A stretch of DNA of 63,354 bases, the filler included, from Trichosphaerium sp. ATCC 40318 (Eukaryota; Protista; Tubulinea): the NCBI GenBank assembly GCA_038496445.1. It is 3 parts of 3 records of this genome, joined end to end, with 100 filler letters (N's around TTAATTAATTAA, not from the genome) between each part and the next. Parts side by side here need not be neighbours in the genome. Positions count along the whole stretch, not along the records: positions 20,478 to 49,420 come from JALMLS010000427.1; 2 more parts are not named here. One strand, given 5' to 3'. How positions within the stretch are numbered: the stretch's first letter is position 1; each line of letters begins with the position of its first letter. The notes beneath the pieces were generated by a model. That model made no database searches. It was not told the origin of the DNA and saw nothing but the letters and a program-made list of their open reading frames with translations. The position numbers and the translations under genes are program-made. This document shows positions 36,444-49,520 of this stretch, piece after piece.

Positions 36444-39400
36444 TTAGCGTGTCAAAATTGCTTTTTTAGTAGCCATAAAAATAGTGCCTTGTAAAAGCAG
36501 CTTCTTTGGATGCAGTAGGCGTCTTTGGTGTAGTTTATTTAGTTGAAGCCAAGCATCAGTTGTAGACGCATCTGTACAAGGTACCTCAGCAGTTGATGAA
36601 GCACTTGAAGGTACTATTGTAGTTGCCTCCGTAAATAAAGTTAGTTCTAGAAAGTAAAGTAGGAAGTACCATTTATTGAGCCTTTGTAGTTGGAGATTTA
36701 GTAGGAGCTTCAGTTGTAGGAGCATCTGTAATTGGTGCTACTGTGGTTGGCACATCTGTTGTTGGAGCTTCGGTTGTTGGTTCTAATACTGTTAAGTTGA
36801 AAAAGATGATAGTAATGTCCAATTAATCACTCAAGTATCATTGTAGTTGAGGCTTCCGTTGTAAGAGCTACTATAGTTGGTGCTCACTTGTTGGAGCCTC
36901 TGTGTTCGGTGCCTCTGTTGTTGGCACAGCAGTTGTAGGAACCTCTGTGGTTGGAGCCTCAGTTGTAGGCGATTCTGTAGTTGGTGCATCTACAAAGAAA
37001 GTTAGTTGCTTTAGAAAGTAAAATACAAAGTACCACTTGTTGGCGCTACAGTTGTAGGTGCTTCAGTAGTTGGAGTTTCAGTCGTAGGCGCATCTGTTGA
37101 AGGTGGTTCAGTTGTTGGAGCCTCAGTAGTTGGCGATTCGGTGGTTGGAGCATCTGTAGTTGGTGCTACGGTTGTTGGTGCTTCAGTAGTAGGTGCATCT
37201 GTGGTTGGAGCTTCAGTTGTTGGCACTTCAGTTGTTGGTGCTTCCGTAGTTGGAGCGTTAGTTGTAGGAGCCTCTGTAGTTGGTGCGTCAGTTGTAGGAG
37301 CTACAGTTGTAGGGGTTGCAGTGGTAGGAGCTTCAGTTGTTGGTGCTGCTGTTGTAGGAGTAGCTGTAGTTGGTGACTCTGTTGTTGGTGCATCAGTTGT
37401 AGGCGATTCTGTAGTAGGGGCTTCAGTAGTTGGTGCTTCGGTTGTTGGCGCAACAGCTGTTGGTGCTTCTGTTGTTGGAGCTGCTGTAGTAGGTGCTACA
37501 GTTGTTGGTGCTTCAGTTGTTGGTGCCTCAGTAGTTGGCGCTTCTGTAGTTGGAGCCTATGTTGTTGGAGCCTATGTAGTTGGAGCTTCAGTGGTTGGAG
37601 CTTCAGTTGTTGGTGCTTCTATAGTTGGTGCCTCCGTTGTTGGTGGTTCTGTCATAGGCGCTTCAGTTGTAGGAGCATCTACAAAGAAAGTTAGTTGCTT
37701 TAGAAAGTAAAATACAAAGTACCACTTGTTGGTGCTACAGTTGTAGGTGCTTCTATAGTTGGAGCCTCAGTCGTTGGTGCTTCTGTTGTTGGAGCTTCAG
37801 TTGTTGGGGCTTCTGTTGTTGGAGCATGTCATTGGTGCATCAGTTGTTGGTGCATCTGTAGTAGGCGCTACAGTGGTTGGAGCCTCAGTTGTTGGAGCCT
37901 CAGTTGTAGGTGCATCTGTGGTTGGAGCTTCAGTCGTAGGAGCTACTGTAGTTTGCGCCTCAGTTGTGGGAACCTCCGTAGTAGGCGCCAATGTAGTAGG
38001 TGCTACAGTTGTAGGTTGCAGTGGTAGGAGCCTCAGTTGTTGGAGCCTCAGTAGTAGGCGCTGCAGGTGTAGGAGCCTCCGTTGTTGGCGCATCAGTGGT
38101 AGGGGTTGCAGGTGTTGGCGCTTCTGTGCTTGGTGCTTGTGTAGTTGGTGCATCTATTACTGTTAGATGGAAAAAGATAACAATATAAATCAAGTACCAG
38201 TTGTTGGTGCCTCAGTAGTTGGAGTTTCAGTTGTAGGTGCTTCTGTAGTTGGTGGAGGCGTCATTGGTGGCATTGTAGTTGGATGCTGTGTTGTTGGCGC
38301 TTCTGTTGTTGGCGCAGCAGTTGTAGGAACCTCTGTGGTTGGAGCCTCCGTTGTTGGCGCTACAGTTGTAGGTGCTTCTGTAGTTGGAGCAGTGTCTCTG
38401 TGGTAGGCGCCAATGTAGTTGGAGCTTCAGTTGTTGGTGCTTCTGTCATTGGCGCTTCGGTGGTAGGTGCATCTGTAGTAGGCGCTACAGTGGTAGGAGC
38501 CTCAGTCGTTGGGGCTTCGGTGGTTGGTGCATCTGTAGTAGGTGTTACTGTGGTTGGTGCAGCTTTTGTTGGCCCTTGGTTGTTGGAGTGCCAGTAGTTG
38601 GCGCTTTCGCTGTAGCCTCTGCTGTCAGTGCATCAGTGGTTGGAGCATCTATAGTTTATTGTCTCAGTCGTTGGTGCGTCTGTAGTAGGTGGCACAGTGG
38701 TAGGAGCATCAGTTATAGGGGCCCTTGTGGTTGGTGCTTTTGTTGTTGGAGCTTCAGTCGTAGGTACATTGGTGGTTGGAGCTGGGTTTTGGTGAAAGGA
38801 GCATCTGTAGTTGAAGCTGTTGTTAGCGGTTCTATTGTTGGAGTACTTGCAGTAGGAGCATCAGTTGTTGGTGTGGCTGTGGTAGGGGCTGCAGTTGTAG
38901 GTTTAGTTGGCGCATCTATCACAGTTAGAAAGAAAGCTAAAAAATATCAAGCAAGTACCAGTTAGGTGCATCTGTTGTTGTGTGCAGCAATAGTTGGAGC
39001 ATCTGTTGTTGGTGCAACAGTTGGCTGTGAAGCAGTGGTTGATGAGCTTGTAGAAGGTGTTTCTGTGACAGAAGTTAAGACAACGTATCATCAACAGTAA
39101 TCTTTCTGTCTTGAACCTTCGTTTGTTGACCTTTGTACTTGGTGCCTCAGTTTTAACAGTGTACGTTGTACAACAAGCCTTGGAAGTTTAGTTGGCCCTT
39201 TTATAGTTGTAGTTATAGGTGTTTCAGATATTGGAAATTTGTTTGCCAATGAGCGGTGTCTTTTTAACAGCTTACAAGATAACTTTTTGTTAAAACCTAT
39301 TGTTGGTCAGAAAAACAAGATGTGAGGTTTAAAAAATAGATTACTTACCTACAGCATTCCCACACAAAACACCTACAAGAACCCTTTTTTGCGTTTACTG

Positions 39401-40675
39401 TTGCTTCAAGAAGCCACTTGTGATTGCCATTTTTGTTTCTTTCTGCTTCTGTCACTGTTTGTTTGTTCAATATTTGAACAATTTGAACACCTGCATTTGG
39501 CCCAAAAGATTCTATATTCCGTGGCAATTCCATTTGATTTTGGGAAGTAAATGCCAACTCAACACTATTGCCAGACACATCTGATTGAATACTCCCGTCA
39601 CTATCAGCGTCACTGAAGATATAGTCACTGTTTGATGTTAGTAAAGCAATGGAACAACATTTACATACCTGAAACTGTCACTTTCACTTATCAGGTCAAT
39701 TTGTATTACTTGCCTCTCTGGGCGCAATTTGTACGGTTCTTTACATGATACAGTGTGTTGTAATCCTCTGTAGACAACCAACTGTATTTTCCACATATTA
39801 TTGTGGGCCCTAGAGGCATTCCCTTTCAATGTGTTAGTTAAAGGCTTTGAATATAGTGTACAAGGATTAGATTCCATGTCATACAATCAATAAACCACCA
39901 AGTTCCATTGTTATTCACATATGTAGTGAAATGTGGATGCGGTTTAGGCTGCCACATCAAAATGTAAGCTGCCTCCCAAGTTCTGCTTATGTAAGTGCAA
40001 ATGCTAACTGTCTTTACATACCTTCCATGGAGCTTTAAAGTCTTAGGTAATTTGGCCATGTCCTGAACAACATTGGGATTTGGATACACTGTAATCGAAG
40101 CCGGTAATGTCACACTCTTTATCAAATTAGGCTGTTTTCAAAATAATATAAAGTTACATACCTCAACAGCCTTAAACCCTCCCTCACTACAAGTCAGACA
40201 GTTGTTTGAAACTGAAAGACGTTTAATGAGCCAGTTGAATATTTTTGCTTCAATATCTTGCTCCAAAAACACGCAACTGATGCGACACTCTGTAATCTGG
40301 ATGTGTCAGAAGCATGGATGCAATAGTTTATTATGCTCACCTTCACATTTGCAACCGCTGTTATACTTAGCAAATGCATGAAATGAAACACAAACACTTC
40401 TAACATAGCTGGAATTTCACGGACACTAAAATCAGGGCTATATTTTCCACAGCGATGCTCCTCATAGTTATGTTCTATTTCCTTCCTCCTCTTTGGATAT
40501 TTTGTGTAGCAATGCTGTAAAAACAACTGAATAAATGGGTTTCTACTTCCATCTATGTTGTTAGATGTGAGTACTGTCGGGTTGTTGGGAATCACCTAAA
40601 CTTTATTAGTACTTGTGTATAGAACAACACATACGCAAATATCACTAACAGACTGTAAACCAGTGAAAACAGCAT
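36444..40675 (-). CDS. Mucin-like secreted/surface protein: Cys-containing N-terminal region + long Thr/Pro-rich stalk; several frame breaks
   Basis: Hydrophobic start MLFSLVYSLLVIFA; (E/D/V)APTT pentapeptide array; ends and exon structure approximate. Confidence 0.65.
36700..39030 (-). repeat. 15-bp coding tandem repeat array (APTT[E/D/V])n
   Basis: Plus-strand units such as gttgttggagcttca / gtagttggtgcatct repeated across ~2.3 kb, interrupted by introns. Confidence 0.95.
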
Positions 40676-43600
40676 CCCAGGGACAGCTGTGATTATTCCA
40701 ACATGCGTGGGTTTCAAGGTTCCTACAACTACATTAGAATGTTTGGGTTTCTTCAAACAGAAAATCACGTGATTGAAATAGAAGAAAAAAAAAAGAGTTC
40801 TAGCCACGACAAGAGCTTGTCTTGCTGCGCACAGATATCAAATCTACACTACGCACACCATTTGTGTATGCTTCTTCTATTTAACCTGTTGGGTGAAAAA
40901 ACTATCGCAAATAAATACAACAGCGCCATTAACGCCTGGTAGGTACTTTTAAAGCAGGTTGACGCTGTAATTTATTATTGCTGTATTAAAACGTACCGTA
41001 AAGTATCGTAGCGTGTGCTCATTGCCAAAGATGTAATAATTACTCGTTCACGTGGTCTTGCGCAAGAATTATGTTATTTACTCTACAGTGCACAAAAAAA
41101 TATGAGTTTTCGGACTTGTTACAGAAAACCCTACAACACAATGTGGCCATCTGTTTAACCTCAAACCGTTCTGTATAGCATCACATTGTATAAAAATATT
41201 CATTGAGACAGTGTAGGGCTCACAAAAAGAACTTGTAGCCTATTCAGCGCACAGAGATATGTCCCTGTACCATGAAACAATCCATCCTTACATTCACCTA
41301 CATATTTGCGAGTATTATCTGGCCAAAACTTTTCAATAACGTCCAAGTACTCAGCTTGTATGTACAATTAGTCAACGAAGTTAAACGGGCAAAAATAAAC
41401 GGATTTTGTGCGTTTCGTTGCAGCCTAGCGCTACCAACCAAAGGACAACTTTTTCTTTACACTTACCATTATCCGTACTTGTTTCGAATACGAAAGGCTA
41501 ATTTACTCCATTTGACTTGTGCGATTGTGAAAATCCGAGACCGAATTTGTTAGACTTTCGTCTCAATTTTTTCTGGTTCGAACTGACAAAAATGAAGCTT
41601 TTTTTGAAAACAACACCGCCAATCTGCACAACCAGTTATTCTACGCGAATTTTTTTGTGTGCTACTTTTGGATTTCAATCAAAGGTGACATTAAGTAGAA
41701 ATCACAAAACTAATAATTGTCAAGTTTTACAGACTTGTTTGTTTTATTAAGATGCTTCTTTGGGTTCCAAGTGAAAAAAGAATTGAAGCAAATATCTTCG
41801 AAAGCAAATACTTTCTATTTCTTTATTCATCAACGCCGCAACAATTTGCTCACTGCTGTGATTCACATAATAAATCCATGTCAATAAAATTGAGCAACAA
41901 GCCCTTGGCTATGCCTTTGGGAGTGTCGACATCCACTTCTGCCCGATCTTATAGCCACTACGCCAATATATTCCTGTTGGAGTGAGGTGGAACCTTATGC
42001 AACACTCCGACAACTGACGTCATTTAAATCGAGGTTTTGTTTTTTGCAGCTATTCGTTTAGTAAACTGTTTTTTCTTCTTTCTTTAACCACTTGTGGGTC
42101 TCCGAACACGGATTATTGCCCTGGCATTGCACATACGTATAACACATTATCACGCACATGCATCAGGTGACAAGGACACCAGCTGGACTCATAATTGATT
42201 TGGCTAAAAGAAAGGTCACAAGCAAAAAACAAAGGCGAAGTACCTCCAAAACACCTGCCTTGCGGTACTAGACCAACAAGAGGTTCTATGTTAGGATCAA
42301 AATTGATGCCAATATTGGGGGCATAGTATGCTAATGTTGCTCTCAAAGAAGCTACGTCTCCCTATATACAACAAAATAAGAGATGTTTAAATACAAAATG
42401 GTGCACCTTCCACCAATACGGAATAGGAACTAAATCAACACCTAAATTATAAACGTTAGGAGGTGTTGTATTTTAAAGAAATGAAGGGAGCGCTTCGTTA
42501 GTACCAATGTCAGAACAGAAATGAGTTTTCTCTGCATCACGTGCTTTAAACACATGTGTAGGGTTAGAATACGGTTTTATATCGTAATAATGATGCTCGC
42601 CTATAGAGTAACCAATAAATGAATAGAAAGGAGGTGCTTGAAGCATTTTTTTTAACTCACCTTGATACTCAATAGCCAAGTTATACTTTGGTATAAATAT
42701 ATCAACAATAACCTTTTCACCTGATGATTTAAATCCAACACAATGCTCTTCTTGTACTTCTCTATCACCCCATATCTCTTTAATACACTCTAATAACCAC
42801 CTAGAAGGACAAGGCTTAAAACCAATAAAAGGAAAGTGGAGAACTTATTGTACCTTTGTATCGATCGTTTTGGACCTGTTTTGAGACCGAATCTTGACCA
42901 AGACCAGTTCATTTCTGGGTACAGCTCTGTCAAAATGAACGGGAATTTCGATAGGACTCCTCCTCCTTTGAATTTTGCTATTTGAGGCCTTGAAACACGA
43001 TACCTTCAACCCAACAGTTTTAGCCAATTTTTTCCTATTTGGGAAAAGGTTTTTTTTGATCGTACCAGTCTGATGGATTAGCAACGTTCAGAACCTTTTC
43101 TACAGCTACAAATACCATAAGAGAGACTGTAACAAAGCAAATAAAAAATCTCAAAAGTTTCTTACATTTCAAGAAAGGCACGATATTCTTCATACGAGTC
43201 CAATGGCCTCCAGGAGCTTTTCTAATAAAGACATTTTGTCAGTAATCCAAAAAAAAGCCATAAGACTAACCTGAATAGAGAGTTGTCCCAAGCGTACTCA
43301 GGGTATACCACACGTAGAACTTGTGATATAGACTTTTGATGCCTGTTTTTAACAGGGGATTAGAAGGAGAAGGAGAGTCCAGAATTAAGTTTTGTACCTT
43401 TGAAACAAACCAGCTCCCCCAATTTTAAGGACTTGTTCTGTTGTTACTTTATACCAATCATCGATTGTTTTTACACCAAGTGATATACCTGCATCATGAA
43501 AAAGTTGTCGTTGATTGGCATGTATAGTCCAAAAATGCCTTGGCTTAGTCCTAGACAAACATTTAAAAGAAAAAAAAAATCAATTCACAAACGAACTTGA

Positions 43601-44820
43601 ATCTGACACTTTCCCACCTGTAATCAGGATATATCTTCCTTAAAGTCTTTGATAATGAGTTCTTATACCTATAACACTTGTTATTAAACTCATGTATATG
43701 ATAACGAGATAAATAGGTACTTGTTGAATACACCAGCACCTCCATCAGAAGAAAGAATTTCGCTCTTTCCGTGAGTATACCAATCATCCATAACTTTGAC
43801 ATTAAGACGTTTTCCTATCCCATCAAACCTTTCTCTTTGGTTATCAATAGCATTCCAATATCCCATAGGCGCAGCTCTAGACATAGTAATAGTTAATCAA
43901 CATGCAGAAGAATGCATCAACAGTAAACAAAACAATGAACATTCACTTGCCTAAACCTCCATGGCGTCCAAAGGAAATGAGGATAGAGTGTTGCCAGCGC
44001 ACGTGGTAACGAGTTACTATGCCTAAGATGGTTTAAAATTGGTACGTTGTATTAGGTATCGCAAGAGAGAGTGTAGAACAGTTTGACAAGTGCTCAGTGA
44101 CATTTCTCGATCAAATCATCTTTTTTGTTGCTCGTTTACCTCTTGAGGAGTTGTCTGCCACCTGCAAGTATTAAATCCGCATGAGTGACGTTGTACCAAT
44201 CGTTTAGAACGTTCACAGAGAGCTTTGCTGCTATAATTTCTAATTCATGTGCTACATATGCTTATAAGTATATATTGAGCATTATTAACGCCTTGTGAGC
44301 TTCTGTAATAATATTAACGTACTCCTTTGTCTTGTTGTAAACAAACGACGCGACCGCATTCTCTACGCCTACTCTGTAGTGTACATCGATAGGTAGCTGT
44401 TTTTGTGCTTAAGCCTTTTTTGTTTCTCGCTTATGGGAATAGCGACATTATTCACTTGTTTACGCCGAAACTCACTACTGCGTAACACTATACTAAGAAA
44501 ACAAGACTTGTACCGGAGATAAACCTGAACAATCGCGAAATGTTAGTAAAAGGTACTAAAGCTCTTTACCTAAGCGTAAACTGTCTAATCGAGTAATTAA
44601 TACAGGATTTCGTTCAACAACTCGCTATGCATCATCTAAAGCAGTAATACGCAACTCAACATATACAGTCGTCGCTAAGCGTAGTATTATGCCAGTTTCC
44701 CAAATGAGACTGAAATCCGAGCGAGTTCAGGCAAAGAACGCTTCTGGTATTGCTGGCTTTATTGAGAACGCTAAACAGAGTACAATGAACATTGTAAGAG
44801 GCGTTAAACAAATTTACAAA
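38844..44820 (-). repeat. Right arm of ~6-kb inverted duplication (source copy)
   Basis: Both boundary genes (mucin-like and LETM1-like) continue intact beyond this arm. Confidence 0.95.
42163..44359 (-). CDS. DWY tandem-repeat + PD-(D/E)XK nuclease, copy 2 (apparently intact)
   Basis: Mirror of 20939-23133 with the frame open through YWWKGDVASLRATLAYYAP; last exon inferred. Confidence 0.87.
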
Positions 44821-46055
44821 GACGCCATTTTGTCAAATGAACTTCACCAAAAAAGACGTTTAGGTAAACTCATCGACCATCACTTCTCACGTGAATTGCT
44901 CTAGAACCTTAAAACTTATATGTTTGTTTAGGTGAAGTACTCACACTAAATGCTCTTGAGCTCATCAGGACATCAAGATTGAATGTGTTGGTATGTCACG
45001 TGACAAAAAAAAACTTTGCAACTTTTTTTTTTTTTTTTTGCCTTAATTCTTCTCTCACTGATGTCTTTTTGGTTTTTGCTTATTTTGCTTTATCTTAGTA
45101 CTGTACACCTATCTTGATCTTTTGTGTTCCTATTGTTGGTTATGTCACGCCTCTTTTTTGGCTTGTATTCCCTGAAATGTTACCGACTGTTCTTTGGGAT
45201 GCAAAATTCTTCAAAAAGCTTGTTCTCAGGGACGCTTTGAGGAAGAAGGAGCTTATCAAAACATTCCCTCAGACATTACGTGATATCAATAAAAAGAACA
45301 TATCAGATAATAAAGTAAGCCAAGAAGTAGGAGATAAATTGGACGCTATAATCACAAATGTATGCATAATAACCCCTTCCCAAGTTCAAGGTTTGTTTAA
45401 CATATCGACAATTAGGCCGAAAACAAGCAGCCTGCAACACAACAGGAAATCCTGGATTGTGCGGACGCTCTAAACGCAATATCTCTTACAGATTTATCAC
45501 TCTCACAATTGTTTGCCATCTCCATGTCGATGAGGTACGTACAAGCCTGAAGGAAGCACCTTCTTAGAGGGTTTTTGTATTTGTCTTTTTTCATGTTTCT
45601 AAATGACTCAAATAGACAAGCACAACCAATTCCTGCAAAAGATCTTATGGTAAAGTTTCTTAAAAGAGGGCATACCGAATTACGTGATATTGATCAGGTA
45701 ACCTACCATCTCAACTGGCTAATTCTGCTTTTTTTCCTTTTTGGTTTTTTTTTGTGCAACTGCACTTGTTCATACCGCATTAATAATGTGATTTTAGGCT
45801 TGCCATCATACTCTCAATAAACCAAACGCATCAAATAATCCATTAGAGCAAGAATCATTAGAACGTATGTTGATTGAACGTCAACTATGGCCAAATTTTA
45901 CAAAAGAGGAGGATAAAAAACAGCAGTTGAAGGAATATTTAGACTTATCTGTAGCTGGATTGTCTGGTCCTTCTCTCCTGGATTCCTCTTTGACCCTATA
46001 CGGACTCATACAAACAACTGCAAACGTAGACAAAGTCACTATGCCTAAAAAATAA
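44540..46055 (+). CDS. LETM1/LETMD1-like mitochondrial inner-membrane protein
   Basis: R/S/T-rich presequence-like N-terminus; PILIFCVPIVGYVTPLFWLVFPEMLPT transmembrane motif; LTDLSLSQLFAIS; ELRDIDQ. Confidence 0.75.
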
Positions 46056-46518
46056 AACAACAAACAAACACCTTTTTTTTTCTTCACTGTTGCACACTTG
46101 GGCCAGTCCCGTTGTTCAGGATAACTCTGAACTAAGCTTAGCAAAAAAATCAACCCCGAAGCGAGTGTTTTACATCGTAAAAGTCATAAAGACTGGTGTA
46201 GCCGCGTAAGGTGTGAAATTGTGCCACTCAGTTTTTTTTTTCCTTTCTAGAAAGTTTGGTTGTCCCGAGAATTACGCGCCAGGGTGGCTTTGCATGAAGT
46301 TGCATAGTTATTGTATGGGCTTGAAAAAAATGAGCTACCAACGTACATTTTTTGAAAACCGAGTGATGAACAACGTTACAAAAAGTGCTACCTTGCAGTA
46401 GGTTTAAGAATAATTCTCCCGCCAACTTTGGAAACCAGAAATTTGAAGTGTTTTTTATTTTCAAAAATTCGAAAAGTATCTAGCGGTAAACTGCTTGGGA
46501 GTTGATCAATACTCGCAA

Positions 46519-49367
46519 ATGGCCTCCATGGATGATAATTTGACCGAGAGCTTCCCTTCTACACAGCCTTACTCTCAAGCGAGTTTAAACGACTACTATG
46601 GCTGTTTAGTATCTAAAAACCCTAAGGTAGGCGCACTGGGACACCACACAGCGGGTTTTTTTATCCGCTAATTGAAAATTAACCCTGTAGCGCTTGTGTT
46701 TGGCTAAATTAATTTTTTTTTAGTACTCCAATCTTCTACTACCTGATAAAGAGCTGCTACTCGGTCGTAGACCCGAATGCGACGTTGTTTTCGAAGAACC
46801 TCAGATCTCTGGTAAACACTGTAAATTGTACAGAGCAGGCTCTGATCCTGTCAGTGCTACCAAAGGATCATTTTATATTGAAGATTTAAGGTACTTTTCA
46901 AAAAAAACCGCGCTAAACAGCCACTTTACCATCCCTCATTCACGTTACCTAAACCTCTTCAATTGGACGGTTCCAAAATTTAAAAATATTTAAATTCAAA
47001 AATATTGCAGACTCAAGCGAGCATTCTTTCCAAATCCTATATTATGTCTCGCTAACCGCAAAAAAAGCTCTAACGGCACTTTCATCAATGGCAATAAATT
47101 GGGAAAGCACAAACGTGTAGAATTACGCAACGGCGATAAGATTACGTTCGTAACAAGCAACGATGATACAGAAGGTACTAGACACCAAAAGCTCATTCGC
47201 GTACACAAATAATTTTTTTTTTTGAAAGCCCGCAAAAAGTTCACAAGCGCAATGTACCATCTCAAAAATGTCGGAAGACATGAAAAACTCCCAGTAACGT
47301 CTTCTTTTGCTTTTTTGCGTTTTTATTTTTTTGGCGCGCGTTAAAATCCAAAATACGCTTTGAAATTGTTTTGTTGTTATAGCGGGTTTGTATTTACTCA
47401 CCGTTGTAGACTTCATGTCGTACATTTTTCAAGATTTGTCTCTTGAAGTCAAGGGGAAGGAGGCAGATGAGATTTTTGATGTCTACAGCGTAGGAGAGAT
47501 ACTAGGAAGGTAAGAATTATCGTTATTTAAGCAAATGTGTGCATCAGTGCCGAGATTTTTCAAAAAAAAAAACTTGTTGGTTTTTTTTGAAGTTTTTCAG
47601 TATTTTTTAACCGTTATGTGCGTTACTAGTCGTTAGATTTTTTTTAAAGTTTTTTGTGCTACTCGACCGCTATCTGTTGTTTGTCACTAAGTGTATATTT
47701 TTAGAGGAAATTTTAGTACAGTAAAGCATGCTATACACAAAAAAACAGGAAAGCACGTGGCTGTTAAGATTATAAGCAAGAAGAAATTTTGGAATATGAA
47801 GAAGACAAAGATGCAAATACTTCGAGAAGTCGAGATTCTAAAGAAGATTAAACATGTTAATATTATCCAGTACCAAGAGATTTTCGATACAAAGGATCAT
47901 TTGTACATAGTCCTCGAACTGTACGTTCAATCTCATGAAAGAAGCCAAACCGCTCATTTTTTTCGAATTTCTCCTCTGATAGCTTTACATCTACGCGAAA
48001 TAATTCATCTACGCGGACTACGTTTTTTTTTACGCGTACTACGCGAGTAGTAGTTTTTTTTTTTTTTTTTGTTTTGGGCTTGCTTTCTTATTTATTTCTT
48101 ATTATGCTTATTTTTTCTTTCAAGTGTTACTGGCGGTGAGCTCTTTGAAAAAATAGCAGAAGGTCATCTATATACAGAGTCTGAAGTTCGTAAATTGTTC
48201 ACACAGATGCTAAAGGCAGTAAACTATCTACACACCAATAACGTCGTTCACCGTGATCTAAAGGTATTGTGATACTTTATTTTGAATGACATTGACATTT
48301 TATGTTTTTTAGCCAGAGAATATTCTCCTTGATAAACACGGAAACATAAAAATATCGGATTTTGGATTAGGTCAGTCTTTTATCACGTGACATTTTGTTA
48401 CAATTTCTTACTCTATTTTAGCACGTATGACTAGCACTGTTAAACATATGACATCTCTATGTGGTACTCCACAATACGTTGGTGAGTAGGATGGCTTAAA
48501 GTAAACTTAACGGTTTCAGTTTTCTAATCAGTGTTTTCTTTGTTAGCCCCAGAAATCATTCATATTGGCAACTTACCTGAAAAACATACTGGCTACCAGA
48601 GTGGTGTAGATATGTGGAGTTTAGGTGTTATTCTATATGTATTGTACGTACTTTTTGAAACAAACAAACCCAGAGCCTTGATAATTTTTTCTTTCTTTTT
48701 TTCTGATTTTGACTGTGATGTCTAACAGCTCCTCTTTTTAGATTATCTGGTTGTCTACCATTTGAAGAGAGTGATAGCCAACAAGTACCACTTTTTAAAC
48801 AAATCTGTTGTGGAATGTATGACTTTGACTCCAGTACGTCAAAAATATGATATGAGACCGTGTACTAACTTTTTTTTTTGCTTTTAGTTTATTGGGAAGG
48901 TGTTTCAGAAGAAGCTATACATTTGGTCCGAAGATTGCTCGACATTGAACCACGTACACGATTGACAGCGCCTCAAGCACTTAATCATCCTTGGGTCCAC
49001 GGCAAAAAGCTACAAAGAACACCAGCACGTCAGCGACAGCAACAAACACGTGGCACAGGATTGAACGTATGAGCTTTTTTTTTTTTTTTTTTTTTTTTTT
49101 CAAAAAAAAAAACGTGCCGGTCATGTTCATGACTTGTGCACGACACGTTTTTTTTCTTTTTGTCTTATTCTTATTCTGTAGTCGTCACCTAGCTTTGATC
49201 GAAAACGTAAGTTATCAGCTATTGATGTGTTAACGACACGTGATAATAATAAGGAAAATAATACGAATGATACAAAACGTCGAAAAACGATAACACCTGA
49301 TGCGAAAACAAAAAAGCAAAATGGTGTTTCCAGGCCTCTTAGGGCTAGGGCAATCTCTAGCATGTAG
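46519..49367 (+). CDS. FHA-domain Ser/Thr kinase, Chk2/Cds1/Rad53-like
   Basis: N-terminal TQ/SQ, FHA (GRRPECD..ISGKH..DLSSNGT), kinase GRGNFSTV, VAVK, HRDLKPEN, DFG, CGTPQYVAPE, DMWSLG. Confidence 0.92.
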
Positions 49368-49420
49368 ATTAATGCGCAAAACAAAAAAAACAAACAAAAG
49401 CGCAACCCCCGTTTAGAGAT

Positions 49421-49520
49421 NNNNNNNNNNNNNNNNNNNNNNNNNNNNNNNNNNNNNNNNNNNNTTAATTAATTAANNNNNNNNNNNNNNNNNNNNNNNN
49501 NNNNNNNNNNNNNNNNNNNN
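49421..49520. other. Assembly/concatenation gap with six-frame stop linker
   Basis: N run with embedded ttaattaattaa. Confidence 0.98.

Noticed and set aside
37141-38965. Plus-strand (VGASV)n ORFs, elastin-like
   Set aside because: Antisense shadow of the APTTE array; splice sites are on the minus strand.
36700-39030. CRISPR-like array
   Set aside because: Contiguous degenerate 15-bp coding units with no unique spacers.
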